Counted from the stretch's first letter, positions 27,465-42,000 are shown. The stretch: 64,000 nt of DNA from Octopus vulgaris (GCA_951406725.2 OX597820.1:84444001-84508000); one strand, 5' to 3'. Translations and numbers: made by a program. The notes: generated by a model not told the origin, from the letters alone.

Positions 27465-29012
27465 TATTTCGTACGCTGTATCTTATTTCGTACTTCCGGT
27501 TTAATTAGCCTGTGTACCCTACCAGCTTGTCTTTTTAATGTTACGTATAGAGGCTAATCAGTGATTAGTTCTGTTTTTTGGATTACTTGGAGGTAGTAAA
27601 CTGTGACCATGTTCGACTTTTTTCTTTAACTCCTTTAACTCTATTTGATCAGAGACGTTTATTGTTTCCCATGACCTATGTGTTATTTCGGATGAGTTCT
27701 TTGTAATAAATAGCCATTTCAACCTCTTTGCCATTAAGAGTTATTAACATTATTTAGAAATGAGCTAGTACCTGTTTCAAGTTATGTCATTCCATGTTTT
27801 TCAGATACAGTATCAAAGTCAGATTTATATCATCAAATATATATCTACTTATGTATTTTGTCTGCTGGTGTTGTTGGTTTAATTCTGTAATACATTTCTT
27901 GGATTTATATTATCTCTTCATCATCAATAAATACGACTGAGCATCTTCAGAGACCTCACATTAATATTTCTAAGTTAATCTGGTGATTATTTAAAATAAC
28001 ATTAAACTTTTATCACACTTTTAGAGCTAATATAACAGTAACATTATTACTAGCAGTTGATTCTCACTTTCAGAGACGGAATTTTGCAGTCTATGAAGTT
28101 ATAAGGTTTTATTGATATCTTTAGTATCGAAGATTTCTGATTCTTTCATTCATTTAATGAATTAACCACACCCAACGATGACAGCCACCCACCCAACCAA
28201 CCAACCAACCAACCAAATATACAACAGACTCAGCTATCGACACTATATCTACTCTTATGAGTCCTAATATAACTGTCAGTACCAACAACACTGCCACACA
28301 CACCATAATCGTTAACAATATCGACAGGAAGACAAACACCAAAATCGTTGTTAGAAACTAACTGTTATAACTCTCTGCCATACTTTCTGGAGGAGGAAAA
28401 TACAGTAAAAACTTCTGAAAATACCAGTACCCTATTACGTATAAATGATTTGAATAGAGATAAGTAATTACTAAATATGTCAGGAAGGAAGAATTGACGG
28501 CGGTATGTATAAAATCGATCGATGAACGTGATATCCGTGCAAAAATGTTTCATCCATACCCCAGGTCAAACAAACAGTTGCAATGTAGCAAGAGGCAGGT
28601 TCATTATAAGACTCTGCTATGGAGAAGTCCTTTGGAAACAGTTCAGAATACACAGACGAGTACCTTCAAGGAAAAAGCTGTCAACAAAAACGAAACAAAA
28701 AATTTACTCCTTTAAAAAGAACAATATTTACCGTGAAAATATTGATAAATTGTTGATGAAATTAAACATTCAAGGATTTTTAAAAGGGATGTTACCTTAG
28801 AATGTTCGAAAACATCTGCATCAATATGTAATCGCTAAAGATACTTGTATACTAACAGAGGACGTCATCGAATTTGGTAACCAGTTTTAGAAAAGTAAGA
28901 GTAATTAACAATCCAATCCTCTAACACACAACATGACAATATATACATGTTCCTCTCTCCCCTCACTCTCTCTAATTTTCTTCCTCTCCTATATACACAC
29001 ACACACACATAT

Positions 29013-29075
<63 letters not shown>

Positions 29076-29167
29076 AAGTTAGTCTAAACATGAAAGCACA
29101 AAAAAACACAACAACGCGAGGACGTGGAACACATATAGTATTATTGGACGCTCAGGAAAGAAGGAGG

Positions 29168-29202
29168 GCTTAACGTTTCGAGCGGAGCCCTTCGTCGGAA
29201 AC
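29168..29202 (-). ncRNA. Minimal hammerhead-ribozyme-like motif (U4C variant) in a ~190-bp repeat (29080-29270)
   Basis: Minus RNA guuu-CCGACGA-A-GGGC-ucc-GCUC-GAAA-CG-UU-aagc, with stem I guuu/aagc, stem II GGGC/GCUC and a palindromic AACGUU stem III. Confidence 0.6.
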
Positions 29203-31336
29203 ATAGGAGAATGAAAGGTCCAGAGAAGGGAAGAGAGAGGAAAAAATCGCCAACGGTACACACGCTGTCATATATATATATATAAATATATATGAAGAAT
29301 GAAAAGTACTTGTGTCCAAAATCCCAGACGAAACGAAGCAACAAATTAAATAACTGCATTTTCACCTCTTGCAATACCATTAATATTGATAGTATGACAT
29401 AACAGCGCGTTTTTTTAACAAGCACTAATATTATAAGTCATCATTATAATCGCCGTTAAGAGAACATTTGTTTAGAAATCCGTCTCGAAAGTTATAATGG
29501 TTATCAAAACATGCTAAGTGCAAAAATATTAACATTGAAACCTATTCATTCGCCAAGCAACCGAGAAGTCAGGATTATATAATAATAAAGTGTAATAGTT
29601 CCGTAGGCAAACAAAACCTCAAGGATATACTCCAACCCGTCGGTACTGCGAGGAATCTCTGTACAAATAAATGTATATAACCAAATATTCCAATGTTGTC
29701 AGACTTGTACAAGCTAGAAGTTGAACAAACATTATAATAAACCTAGGGTCCAACAAAAACGGAAGTGACGTGGTCTCATAAACACTCATCGGAATTAAAA
29801 TTTCTGGAATTTTACATCTTGACCCTTATAAATCTCGTAATTACAATACAGATTTACAGTACTACACTCACCGATTACTACTATAATATCTTGCATAAAA
29901 ATCGTATGGTGGCTGCAACAAAAGGATACTTCCCACTTGTGATAATGCTTTGAATACTATTTTTCATAACAATTATCGTATAATATGCCCCATTCATGCG
30001 ATCACAATCCCTTTGCAACTATCAACAATTAGCTTCATAGTACACTAATGTGCACGTTTTACATAGAACTTTGATTAGAGCCGATACTAAAATGCCATTT
30101 ACTGAACCTTCTAAAGAATGGTTAATATTACAACGTGAGGATCAATATCCAGACACACATGTAATACACGAGGAACAACTACAGCATACCAAAAACAATA
30201 AACAACTTCTACTCGTATAATATATGCATGAACAGCACATATATGTAGAAAAGAAAAATACATGATTGGCCCAAACCATTCAAAAAGATAAAATATATCA
30301 TTGGGCCAAACCATTCGACCTTATGCACGGAAGTAATAATGAATGCAGATTTGCAGCAATATGTTTTCCGTTTTCAGGTTCACTGCCCTCACATGTACAA
30401 TATCCACACGTACGATGTAAAGACGTGCAATGAAGAAAATACAATTTGTGTAGTCTGGCACACTACACCGACTCATCATTGAGTGTAAGATAATGTAGAG
30501 TACGATAAAGGTGTACTACTGAGCATGCTTCACCATGCCGATAAAATGTCTTCAAAAAGACTCATATAACAGTAATAAGATGAGGCCTAACATTACAGTA
30601 AAAATATACATAACCGAAATCAACAATACCGATATCATACTCACCGAAATCTTTCTTATCACCAATATCATTCTTCTAACCAACAAGTCCTCTATTACCG
30701 CTACAAATGTTGCCACTATACCAACAACAAAAAGAGAACAACGAACAGTTGTATCATTGCTACCACCGAGAAGACGTTTCTATCACCATGTGGATGATTA
30801 ATATGAAAACAACACTGTCATAATCAACTGGAGCTCCTCTGTTGCAATCACAAAACTGTTGCCTCCATCAGAAATAACTTATTTCACCATTATGAACATC
30901 TAGACAACTATTGCCAACAGAGGAACAGCGCACATAATAACTACCAACTAAAATCACTTCCTTCAACAACATATCCACGCACAACTTTGCTACATATCTA
31001 CATCACACTTCGTCACTTCTTCATCACCACCAACATCTCCTGATTTAGTAGAACTATCATCCACCAGTAACCCTCTCTGATGAATAACAAAACCTATTTT
31101 ATTAAATTATGTAATCAAAAAGAAAATGAGAGTGAGAGCGAAGTAATGAGAGGGAATCATGTGAAAGAGAATCAGACGTAGAGTAGGATAATAACAAATA
31201 GCGAATCTGAGAGAGAAATGAAAGAGAGACGAAATGAATCATATATATATATAGATAGATAGATAGATAGATAAACAGATAGATAATGAGAGAGTGAGTA
31301 AAACTATATATAGATACATATATGCATACACGCAAA

Positions 31337-31440
<104 letters not shown>

Positions 31441-32021
31441 TATAAAGAGGGAGGTAAACAGAATGAAACTGACTCGGTCGTTTTGATAATTTCAGCACAA
31501 CCACTAAATGATTTTATTACCATACAATTTAATACCAGCGGAATTTTGATGGAAGAAGATAGGTATTTCAAGATCTAGCTATGTCTTCCATCCTTGTACA
31601 GTTGCAAGTGATTTCCTTTTCGACAGTAGAGACCTTGGAAGGAAATATATGTACATGTACGTGTGTTAATGGATTTATATGGATCCGTGTGTTTTGTACA
31701 ATTGGCAATTAAGTATATATAATTGAATATCTAACATTGTTGTGGCACATCAGGTGTGTATGTTGCCAACATGTTCATTTCTATATGTACGTATACAGAT
31801 CTCGTCCATAGTTAATGGGTTTTTCCGTTGTACATATGTATGCTTCCGAATAATTGCGAAATATATTCAAAGCCGAGTATCAAATGAAATATATATGCGT
31901 ATAGGAAAAAACGAATCGATTTTGTCACGTTTGACAAACTTTCCAAGATATCAGTTATAATAATAATAATGATGATAATGAAAATATTAAAACTAATAAT
32001 AATAATAACAACAACAACAAC

Positions 32022-32069
<48 letters not shown>

Positions 32070-32082
32070 GATGATGATGATA

Positions 32083-32120
<38 letters not shown>

Positions 32121-32754
32121 AAAGCTGACAATGTAAGTGATAAAAATAGAAATAATAATTAACGAAACCCATAACAAAAACCATAAAAAACAACGGCGGA
32201 CGCATAATCATTAATACTTTAAAACAGTTGATTTCGGAGTGGCACCCCACCACCATATCCACCAATATGACCGTACAAAGAAACACCACGAAATTGAACT
32301 GTTTCCCACAAGATATAAATGTGGAGTGGCAGACAAACAAGTCAACTTAATAGCATGGGAACATTTATTACATACATATATAGAGACAAGGTACTAATTT
32401 ATTACTACCCTAACAAATATCAACTTATAAATTTGCTTCATTGGAAAACCGGTGCATGGAAATGGCCCGAAAGACACTGGTTATATAGGTGAAGTAGGTG
32501 AATGATATGGATTTCACGAACTGCAATTATGCAACGAAGTCTTGGCACTAAAACATACGTTGTCCCTTTTAAGAGAGAAATCTATCCACTTTCCACTTAT
32601 TTGAGAAGACGGATATTAAGATTGAAAATATCAGGCGTTTCACTAGAGTCCGATTTCTGACTTGTGCCTTGCTTCATTCTGCGGGGAAGTGATATTATCT
32701 TGGGCGACACCAAACAATAGCCAGGTGAATTAATTCGGAATGAGAATGGAGATG

Positions 32755-33060
32755 TAGAGGAGCACTCCGTCGGTTGCGACGACGAGGGTCCCAGCTGATA
32801 CGATCAACGGAACAGTTGCTTGTGAAATTAACGTGTAATTGGCTGAGCACTCCACAAACACGCATGCCCTTAATGTAGTTCTCGGGAAGATTCAGCATGA
32901 CACAGTGTGTGACAAGGTTGGTCATTTGAAATACAGGAACTACACATTTTCGCCAGCTGAGTGGACTGGAGAAACGTGAAATAATGTGTCTTCCTCAAGG
33001 ACACAACGTGCCGCCGATCATGAACCGAATGCCCCTAACCACTATGCCACGCGCCTTCAC
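32755..33060 (-). mobile_element. SINE family D (tRNA head plus CORE-like region and tail)
   Basis: Minus strand GTGAAGGCGCGTGGC.TAGTGGTTAGGG...GTGTCCTTGAG.AAGACAC...CCAGTCCACTCAGCTG...; homolog at 52803-53093. Confidence 0.85.
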
Positions 33061-33329
33061 GGGAATGGAGATACTATTACAGAATACCTAGAGAAATTCC
33101 TGTGAGTAACTCAGCTGCTGTGCGGAACAGAATTCGTTATGAAGTGGCACAGGAAATGAGATGTCAGCTAAATTAATTCTGCATCTGCCTATATAAATAT
33201 TCCAACTACAACACCCAAAACCACATCAGCAGCAACCACAACAACGAAAGCTGCAACGGTCCCGTCGACAGCAGCTGAAATAAAAGCAAACACACTTATG
33301 AAATGATTACAGACACATCGTTTTTACAA

Positions 33330-33580
33330 GCTTCATTTCTGAGACCTCTATGTTAACTTCATTGTATTTACTTAATTTTGAAACTGTGTGTAGATATTGA
33401 CATACCTATGAGAGTATGATTTCTCACCGCAATAATTACTTTATTGATCAAACTAACTCCCTCAGTTTGAATAGTAAAGTCCAAAAGAACGGTTTCGTGT
33501 TTATTCTCTACTAGGCTGGCAGACATATGTTCCCAGCAACTATTCTCGTATGGTATTCCGACTGACGGTGTATGATCCTT
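33330..33580 (-). mobile_element. Dong/R4 LINE fragment
   Basis: WEH...VENKHETVLLDFTIQTE...LIGMSI; abuts (TTA)n. Confidence 0.6.
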
Positions 33581-33840
33581 ATTATTATTATTATTATTAT
33601 TATTATTGAAACCCGTGGTATACAGCAGAACGAAAATCATTGAGAGAAGCTATTTAGAATATGATGATATGCATTTTTATTTTGATATTGATAAGTACTT
33701 CCCTTCCATTCACAATAATATAGTTTTAAATTTCCCTCTGCTAAGCAGTTTATATTTCTCCTTTCCTCTCTATTTTTCAACAAACTGCTTAACCATGTAA
33801 CTCAACGTCTTCATGCCTTTAACATTTCTCTCTTTCTTTA

Positions 33841-34430
33841 AGGTAGCGAGCAGGTAGAAGCGTTAGTACGCCGGGCAAAATGCTTAGCGGTATTTCGTCT
33901 GCCGCTACGTTCTGAGTTCAAATTCCACCGAGATCGACTTTGCCTTTCATCCTTCCAGGGTCGATAAATTAAGAACCAGTTACGCACTGAGGTCGATATA
34001 ATCAACTTAATCCGTTTGTCTGTCCTTGTTTGTCTCCTCTGTGCTTAGCCCCTTGTGGGTACTAAAGAAATAGGTATTTCGTCTGTCACAACGTTCTGAG
34101 TTCAAATTCAGCCGAGGTCGACTTTGCCTTTCATCCTTTCGGGGGCGATAAATTAAGTACCAGTCACGCACTGGAGTCGATGTATTCGACTTTATGCCTT
34201 TGTATGTCCTTGTTTGCCCGATTTATGCTTAGCCCCTTGTGGGCAATAAAGAAATAAGAAACGTTAGCCCGCCGGGCGAAATGCTTAGCGGTATTTCGTC
34301 TGTTTCTATGCTGAGGTCGACTTTTCTTTCATTATTTCGGGAACTTAAGTACCAAATACATGCTGGGGTCGATCTAATCGATTAGCTCCCTTCCAAAAAA
34401 TTTCGGTCATTGTGTCTAGAGTAGAAAATA
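33841..34430 (+). mobile_element. Tandem trimer of SINE family B
   Basis: Three head-to-tail units beginning at about 33841, 34073 and 34258, each with GTATTTCGTCTG...TCGACTTT. Confidence 0.9.
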
Positions 34431-35039
34431 TTTCTCTATTTCTGTTCACCTTTCATTTTCGCTAACTATCACCCTATCTCACTCTTAATGTAACTGTCTC
34501 CCTTATCCATCTCTCTTTAACTGCCTATCTTTAAACTCACCACCATCTGCTAAACATTATATCCTACACATATCAATTTCTCTTTACTTTTCCCCCACCC
34601 AACATCACGTCATTAAGACTTCTTTCTACCTTTTTCTTTGTCTGTCTTTTCTCATTCATCGTCTCGCCCCTCAGCTGACCACATGATCAGTTTGGCCTTA
34701 TACCTCTTTCTCTACTTCTTCCTCTGTTTCTCCATCTCTCTCACACATACTTTTACACCGCCTGTCACTCACTCCACCTTCACCAACCTGGCTAACTAAA
34801 GTATACATTGCAACCGAACAGGCAGATTATTATAGATTACTATTATTAAATATCTGCGATGATGTAGACGGTGACGACGAAAATAAGGGTCAATTGGTGT
34901 GGGTATCATTTGTGCGATACCTCTTTCTAATGTCTCATTGACAGGGCTGCATTCATAGGTCAAACGTAGGCCAAGATTGGGCAGTTGGCATCTAGAATCT
35001 TGCATAGTGACATTGTATAGTACCAGCTGAACAAAAGTA

Positions 35040-35775
35040 TAAGGGGGAAAACAACCGAAGATTTTTAGTGGGGTCTAGTTGAGGGTATGAGAAATAATGG
35101 CATAGGAATAAATCTAGGCATCAAAGAGAAGAGTCTGAATAGTCTCTTGTGGAAGACCTTCGGGTCGATGGTCATGTCTTTGGAAAGCTCTTTATGCATG
35201 GAAGTGCCAACAGCGGAACCTGTCCGAGATACTTGCAGGGGGACGAAACCGTTCTACATGCAATGATTCAGTGTCCGTGCATTAGAGAGCTCTACGGTTT
35301 TTTGGAGCAGCTGTCTTCGAGTATAAGACAAATTCAGCTGTTCGTCGAGTGTTCCAACAAAGATCCACATACCAATTTTCCTTAGCAAAGTAGGAAGGCA
35401 GATCTTATTCTGCTTAGTGGCTGTGGCAAAACAGGCTGTGTGGTGGACCCCTCTGAAAGGTTTGAAGACAAGTGCGTTCCTATTTGGCCAAGTCCTCATC
35501 AATTTCTCCAAATCTCATTTGAAGATGAAGGTGAGGTTAGAGAGGGATGTACTGTTTTCTAGTGTGTTTCCCAAAACGTGGTCGACAATGGTAAGGCTGG
35601 TGAGACTAAATTGATCTACTCCTAATATACGTTTCGAAGAAGGAGGAAGGAAACTGGATAAGGGCAAGTTCTCATGCCTTCGCGATGACAACGTAATCCG
35701 GAACTCTTTAGTGGGGTTTACTCCGGATTACCCTAAGTGGGCTGCCCCTACCCCCATTGGCGATTCTATTTATTT
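35040..35775 (+). mobile_element. L1/Tx1 LINE ORF2 C-terminus (zf-RVT) and 3'UTR
   Basis: GTCPRYLQGDETVLHAMIQCP (cf. CPRC...ETxxHxxxxC) and VAKQAVWWT...HLKMKVRLER. Confidence 0.75.
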
Positions 35776-35780
35776 AATTA

Positions 35781-37651
35781 CACTGGTCAACAGACAACTA
35801 CCATCAGGGACATTATATGGTGTCTTATATGTAGATTTGTCTGCAGATTTCAAAACTGTAATCAGTTTCCTTCTATCAGACACAGATTTCTGATGAGATA
35901 AGATAGGTATGTAACTCCCATCAGCAGCATCGCTACACGTGAACGTCTTATACAGGTAAATTCTGACTTCTGTTTTAAAACTATTTTATTAATTGTGTAA
36001 TTCTGTTTTCATATTATTTTTTTTCATAAATTTTACTTTCCGTTTTAGGTGCCAAGTCATCATCATCATCAAATTCTACTCAGGACGTCAAGGCATTGCA
36101 AGAACAGTCCTCATATATTTTGTCATGTTTGTGGTTCATTTACCACCACAGCCATCACAAGTGAAATCAAGAAGATCTACCTGTTATAATTTTTGCTGCT
36201 CTCTCGAGGATCAAGATAAGATTTGGGGCCCGCACATCTTTTGCTAAGCTTGTTCAAATGAACAAAGGGATTGGCTATATAGGATGAAGAGAGCAATGCC
36301 GTTTGCAATACCTATGATATGGAGAGGGCCAAAGGATAATTTCATGGACTGTTATTTCTGCAACGTTAATGTATGTGGGTTTACTGTAAAGACCAAGCAT
36401 AACATTGTGTATCCCAAATTGGAATCAGCAAGAAGACCAGTACCACACAACGCTGATGATCTTCCTATTCCAATATCACCAGAAAATGATCTTCAGAAGT
36501 CTTACGAAGATGTACTTCCCGAAGAAAATATTACTGCTGTGGAAGACACCGAAGTAGATGCAGATTTCACGATTTAAAAGGAAGACGTACCACAGAAATT
36601 TTCTCAAGGAGAGTTAAATGATTTGATTAGAGACTTTTCATTGTCAAAGGATGAAGCTGAACTATTAGCATCTCTCCTACAAGGAAAGTGTCTGATTAAG
36701 AAAGATGTTTGTATTATTCATTCCAGGAAGAGAAATAGGGATCTGATTTCATGCTTCTCTGTTGATGGATCAATGTGTTTCAGTAATAGCATTGATGAGT
36801 TATTTCGCTGTTTGTTCCAAGAGCATGTTCCAGCTGAATGGCGATTATTCATTGTTTCATCCAAGAGAAGCCTCAAGGCAGTGCTACTACACAACGGCAA
36901 TAAGAAACCATCCATTCCCTTAGGACATTCAGTGCACATGAAGGAGTGTTATGAAAACATGCAAGTACTCCTCAATGCCATAAAGTATACAAACTACAGC
37001 TGGAAAATATGTGGAGACTTGAAGGTGATTGGAATGTTGATGGGAATGCAATCTGGGTTCACGAAATATTGTTGCTTTTTATGCCTACGGGAGAGTCGTG
37101 CAACTAACAAGCACTATGTGCAATCAGAGTGGCCTATGCAAAAATCATATGAGCAGGGAGTTTCAGGCCTCAAGACATTTTTACAGAGAACCTTGACATT
37201 TTACAGAGAACCTTAGAGCAGTGTCTAATGAGCAAGGGCAATGTTTTCATCAAAATATTGCAGCGATGGAACAACAATATCAAGGGTTTTGGAATGTAGA
37301 AATGTTTGCTGAGTAGAAATGAACCTGACAAAAAACGCCATAGAAAGTCCAAATCCGAAAGATTTTAAGTTGTTATGCATTTGATTGAATTCTAACTTAT
37401 TTGTATAATAAAACTTTAACTTTGTATAATAAAAAACCCTGAAATTATCGTATCTTGTATTCACTATACATTATATATACATGCTTTACGTATCCTATAA
37501 GGTAGAACGGCTGGTATCATTAACATGAAAATGTGACCTGATAGAGGAAATCAGACTGCAGATTCGTAATCAGCAACAAACATTAACCCGGAAAAGTCAA
37601 TCAGCAACACTGATGATAAAAAAACAATAGGTTACATTTTGTTGACCAGTG
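35781..37651 (+). mobile_element. Chapaev3-type (CMC superfamily) DNA transposon, internally deleted
   Basis: TIRs CACTGGTCAACA (35781) and TGTTGACCAGTG (ending 37651), with a 3-bp TTA duplication on both sides and transposase remnants inside. Confidence 0.9.
36075..37320 (+). pseudogene. Chapaev3-type transposase pseudogene
   Basis: CKNSPHIFCHVCGSFT, DQDKIWGPHIFC, MPFAIPMIWRGPKD..DCYFC, EWRLFIVSSKRSLKAVLLHNGN, WKICGDLKV..LMGMQSGFTKYCCFLC, ENLRAVSNEQGQCFHQ. Contains stops and a deletion near 37170. Putative 5' intron at 35956-36048 (GT...AG). Confidence 0.88.
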
Positions 37652-37849
37652 TTATAATTTATTTCCCTACTTTCTACTATGTATAATTTAATGAGGTATT
37701 ATCTCCCCTTCACCGATGTTATTCCTACGTGGTTTTGTAATTTCTGTAATTTTTTGTGTTTTTTCCTGGTCTGTAACTCGTACTTCATATCTTGGGAGAT
37801 TTTGGCCAAGAAAAGAAATTATTATTGTTGATGTTGATTTGTTATTGTT

Positions 37850-37862
37850 GCTTCTGTTGTCT

Positions 37863-37903
<41 letters not shown>

Positions 37904-38013
37904 TTCTTCTTCTTCTTCTTCTTCTTCTTCTTCTTCACCTTCTTCTTCGTCTTCTCCTCCTCCTCCTCCTTCTTCTCCTCCTCTCCTCCTTCTTCTTCTT
38001 CTTCTTCTTCTTC

Positions 38014-38054
<41 letters not shown>

Positions 38055-38084
38055 ATTATCATTATTTTTATTATTATTATTGTG

Positions 38085-38152
<68 letters not shown>

Positions 38153-38165
38153 CATTATTGTAATT
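37850..38165. repeat. (TTC)n/(CCT)n/(TTA)n compound microsatellite
   Basis: Directly visible. Confidence 0.95.
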
Positions 38166-38980
38166 ATTGAGCGAGAGAGCAGCGCATGCCAGAAAAGTGA
38201 CACTGGGGTTAAACATACGAAGCCTAAAATACATATCATGACGACCCGTCACATATGGTTACATCGAGAACATGCATCACAACCATATGTGAGCGACATG
38301 GTGATCACCTTTCAAGATAAACAGCGCATAAACTTGGGGGTGGGGCCCAGTCAGAATATTCTTCAGTTAGATTAGTCCATCATGCTCAAAGTTCGCGCAG
38401 GACATCTTGCTCCCTGAAAAAGTGTTGCTTAAAGATGTGGTAGGATACACCCATGATCCAGAGGAGAATTATTCAGACCCCAAAGAATTTCATCAACACA
38501 TGTCAATGTTGCTCCCTCACTTCCTCTGCTTGTGTGCAGAGATACACATATCGTCAACCATTAAGAAACATGCTGAAATGGTTAAGGTCAAGCGACTGGC
38601 AAGCAAACCTGTGGTATTCAGCAGAATAAGGGCGGCGAGCTGCCGGAAACGTTAGCGCGCTGGGCGAAATGCTTCGCGATATTTCGTCTGTCGTTACGTT
38701 GTGAGTTCAAATTCCGCCGAGGTCGACATAGCCTTTCATCCTTTCGGGGTCGATAAATTAAGTACCAGTTACGCACTGGGGTCAATGTAATCGAATTAAT
38801 ACCTATGTCTGTCCTTGTTTGTCCCCTCTATGTTTAGCCCCTTGTGGGTAATAAAGAAATAGGTATTCAGCAGAATATTTGCTGTTGCCCATCTTTTATC
38901 AAGACAATGTGCGTGTTGACACTTCCAATCTGTTAAGATCAGTAGCCATGAGAACCACTGCCTGGTAGTGCATCAGGGAT
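38166..38980 (-). mobile_element. Family A repeat interrupted by a SINE
   Basis: Reverse complement of 10701-11213, split at 38629-38861. Confidence 0.85.
38629..38861 (+). mobile_element. SINE family B with 16-bp TSD
   Basis: TSD GGTATTCAGCAGAATA at 38613-38628 and 38862-38877. Confidence 0.93.
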
Positions 38981-38984
38981 TTAT

Positions 38985-38987
38985 TAA

Positions 38988-39060
<73 letters not shown>

Positions 39061-39068
39061 GTTATTAC

Positions 39069-39164
<96 letters not shown>

Positions 39165-39174
39165 CAGCAGCAGC

Positions 39175-39230
<56 letters not shown>

Positions 39231-39452
39231 CAGTAGTAGTAGTAGTAGTAATAGTAGTAGTAGTACTAGTAGTAGTAGGAGGAGGAGGAGGAGGTGGAGT
39301 AACACTTACAGCAATATTAGTTGTAGCGGTAAGACTTGTTGCATCAAATCTATCAACGGAGTAGTAGGGTTTCAAGCGAAGAAGAAGAAGAAGAAGAAGA
39401 AGAAGAAGAAGAAGAAGAAGAAGAAGAAGAAGAAGAAGAAGAAGAAGAAGAA
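38985..39452. repeat. (TTA)n/(TAG)n/(GAA)n compound microsatellite
   Basis: Directly visible. Confidence 0.95.
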
Positions 39453-39833
39453 TGTGCAAAACAAAATATAGAAACCAAAATACCGGGAAGACGTAAAAAA
39501 ACTGACAATAATAAGAACTATGACGATGGCGGTGATGATGGTAGGGGTATTTAGGCGGAGCATAGATGATGAGGAGGAGGATAGTGATAACGATAATGAT
39601 GATGATGACGATGAGGCATTTTGTGATTATGTCGCTGATTCCGTCAAAATTTTATTGACAGTGATATTTATCCGTTCGTGTGTTTACATGCACGAATGAC
39701 TAGTGTAAATTTACTGTGAATATTTGAATGTGATTGTGTATGTATTTGCACACACACACATGTATATATATATGCATCTATGTATATCTATATACATACA
39801 TATATACATACATACACACACACACACACACAT

Positions 39834-39892
<59 letters not shown>

Positions 39893-40499
39893 TATATATA
39901 TATACATATATACTAACATATATATACATGCATACATATATATGCCATTGACACATACACTCACACACACTCACACTTATACATATGTATCTATCTTTTT
40001 TGTCTCGCGCTGTGTGTGTGTATATATATATATATTTATGTATATGCGATTATTCATTGTGTTATATATATGTGCCAGTGATAAATGTCTCTGTGTAAGT
40101 GTGTATGTACTTATAACTTCATAATACATGTTTATGTATGTTGTGGTAGTTATGTGTATGCTGGTATGCATGAGTGTATGCGAATGCATGCATAGGTATG
40201 TACATATTTCTGTCTACATTTATGCAAGTATTGTTTGCATCTTAATGCTTGTGATGTGTTGACTGCTAGAATCTAATTAGTAAGAAGGGGAAACGCAAGT
40301 TTTGATGGTGTCTGTTTAAGCGAGATGTTCCAATAAGTGTGAAAGAAGTGATATGTATTCCGAGAGAAATGAAGACGTCGACAACGGCCATCTGAAATGA
40401 AGAAAGTAGCTTCAAATAGGAGTGAAAGGAATAAAGGATGAGGAAATGAGAGGAATGAAGAAAGACTGAAAAGAATGTTCATATATATATAAGGACAGT

Positions 40500-40800
40500 G
40501 AATGCGAAGAACCAGCGTTTTAGAAAGACGTGATATTGCAGATATATGTAAAGTATGGTCAATTATATTTGGTGAGGGTTTTGATGATAGTGACGTGATT
40601 TTGTTATCGACGTGTGTTCTCTAGAGATGATACGCGTCGCAGTATCGTCTCCGTTGAGCGTAATAATGTTAATGGTGATAACTCATATAAGAGAAACGTC
40701 TCGTCAGCTATCTAGCGAAACACTTTCTAGTTGTGTGAAATGCTCTTCTAACGTAAATTGGTACGATGTAGCTCAACAGGCTGATATACAAATAAATTTG
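40500..40800 (+). pseudogene. Possible SRCR-domain remnant
   Basis: LERRDIADICKVWSIIFGEGFDDSDVIL resembles EGRxEV..GxWGTxCDDxFDxxDAxV; downstream SETLSSC...NW. Conserved cysteines are largely lost. Confidence 0.25.
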
Positions 40801-42000
40801 ATTACCCTACTGATTTTGCAAGCTGACATTACACTATATTGTACAATAAGTAGATAGCAACGCTTCTGCAGAATTAGGAGGTTTGATTTCGGTTTGAAAT
40901 ATTTGAATGATCATCCACATCGCTGTGCCTACGAAACATTTTAATTTTTAGCCAATTACTGGAGATGCCATCATTAAATACAACTTTCGAAAGGGTCTAT
41001 ATATAGATAGATAGAGAGAGAGAGCACAGTGAAGATATGATATTAACATATGAATTTAGTATCATCCATCGTATGTGTAGTATTTTCCTTCGTTAGAACA
41101 TTCTGTCATTTCACTCAGTGTGAGATTGCATATCCAAATGTATATATTATTTTCAGTAGTTTACATAGAAAACTAATCCGTAAGTCTTAGTGATAACCAC
41201 AATACGAATTCAACCAAAATAGAAAGCACATAAAAAAAGAGACACGCATATTAAACAGTATCAAACCAACTCTGAATTACAATTTTATCTGTATGGACAG
41301 ACTGTAAGAGAGAAAGTGCAAAAGAGATGAATAAGATACAATTAAACGTTTGGAGATAATAAGGTGATAAAGCGAATATACTTACTATCTTATTTTAATT
41401 GCTTCAAAAAAGCATATAAAAGCTAAATTGTCAAAATTAAGTTTAAATAGAAGCTGATTTGAGTATAGAATGGAACGAGCTGTCGAACGGTGAAAACTTT
41501 CAAAGCAAGAGTTGATGAGCTCAGAGATGGCCAGTCTTCAGCATTTCAGCACTTTACTATCATTCAATGCTTAATTTTATTATATTCTTCATTCTGTTTG
41601 CAATTTATTCCTTAGAGTCTAACTATGGAAATACAATTTTAATTTATAGTCAGCTAGACACTTTATTTTTGTTTGTTTCTTTATTTCAGTATTTTTTTTA
41701 TTTTGATTTAAATCGCATTTTTTTCTATTACTGAATCTGTTGGTTTACATTTGTCTCTAAATTCCTTTGGTTCTGCATTCTCACACTGTGTGAAATGATA
41801 GTATGATATATCGAAGCTCTCATTTATTCTATCATCTGATGAGCAAATCTTACATCCGGGATGGAGGATAGTAATTACACAACAGGTAAATGATATTGTT
41901 TCGTCGTTGTATTACGGGAGTAGAAATGTGTCGAAGCAACCATGATTTTAAATAAAGCATGTCATCCTTTCCATTTATATCATATTCACTTAGTCTCCTA

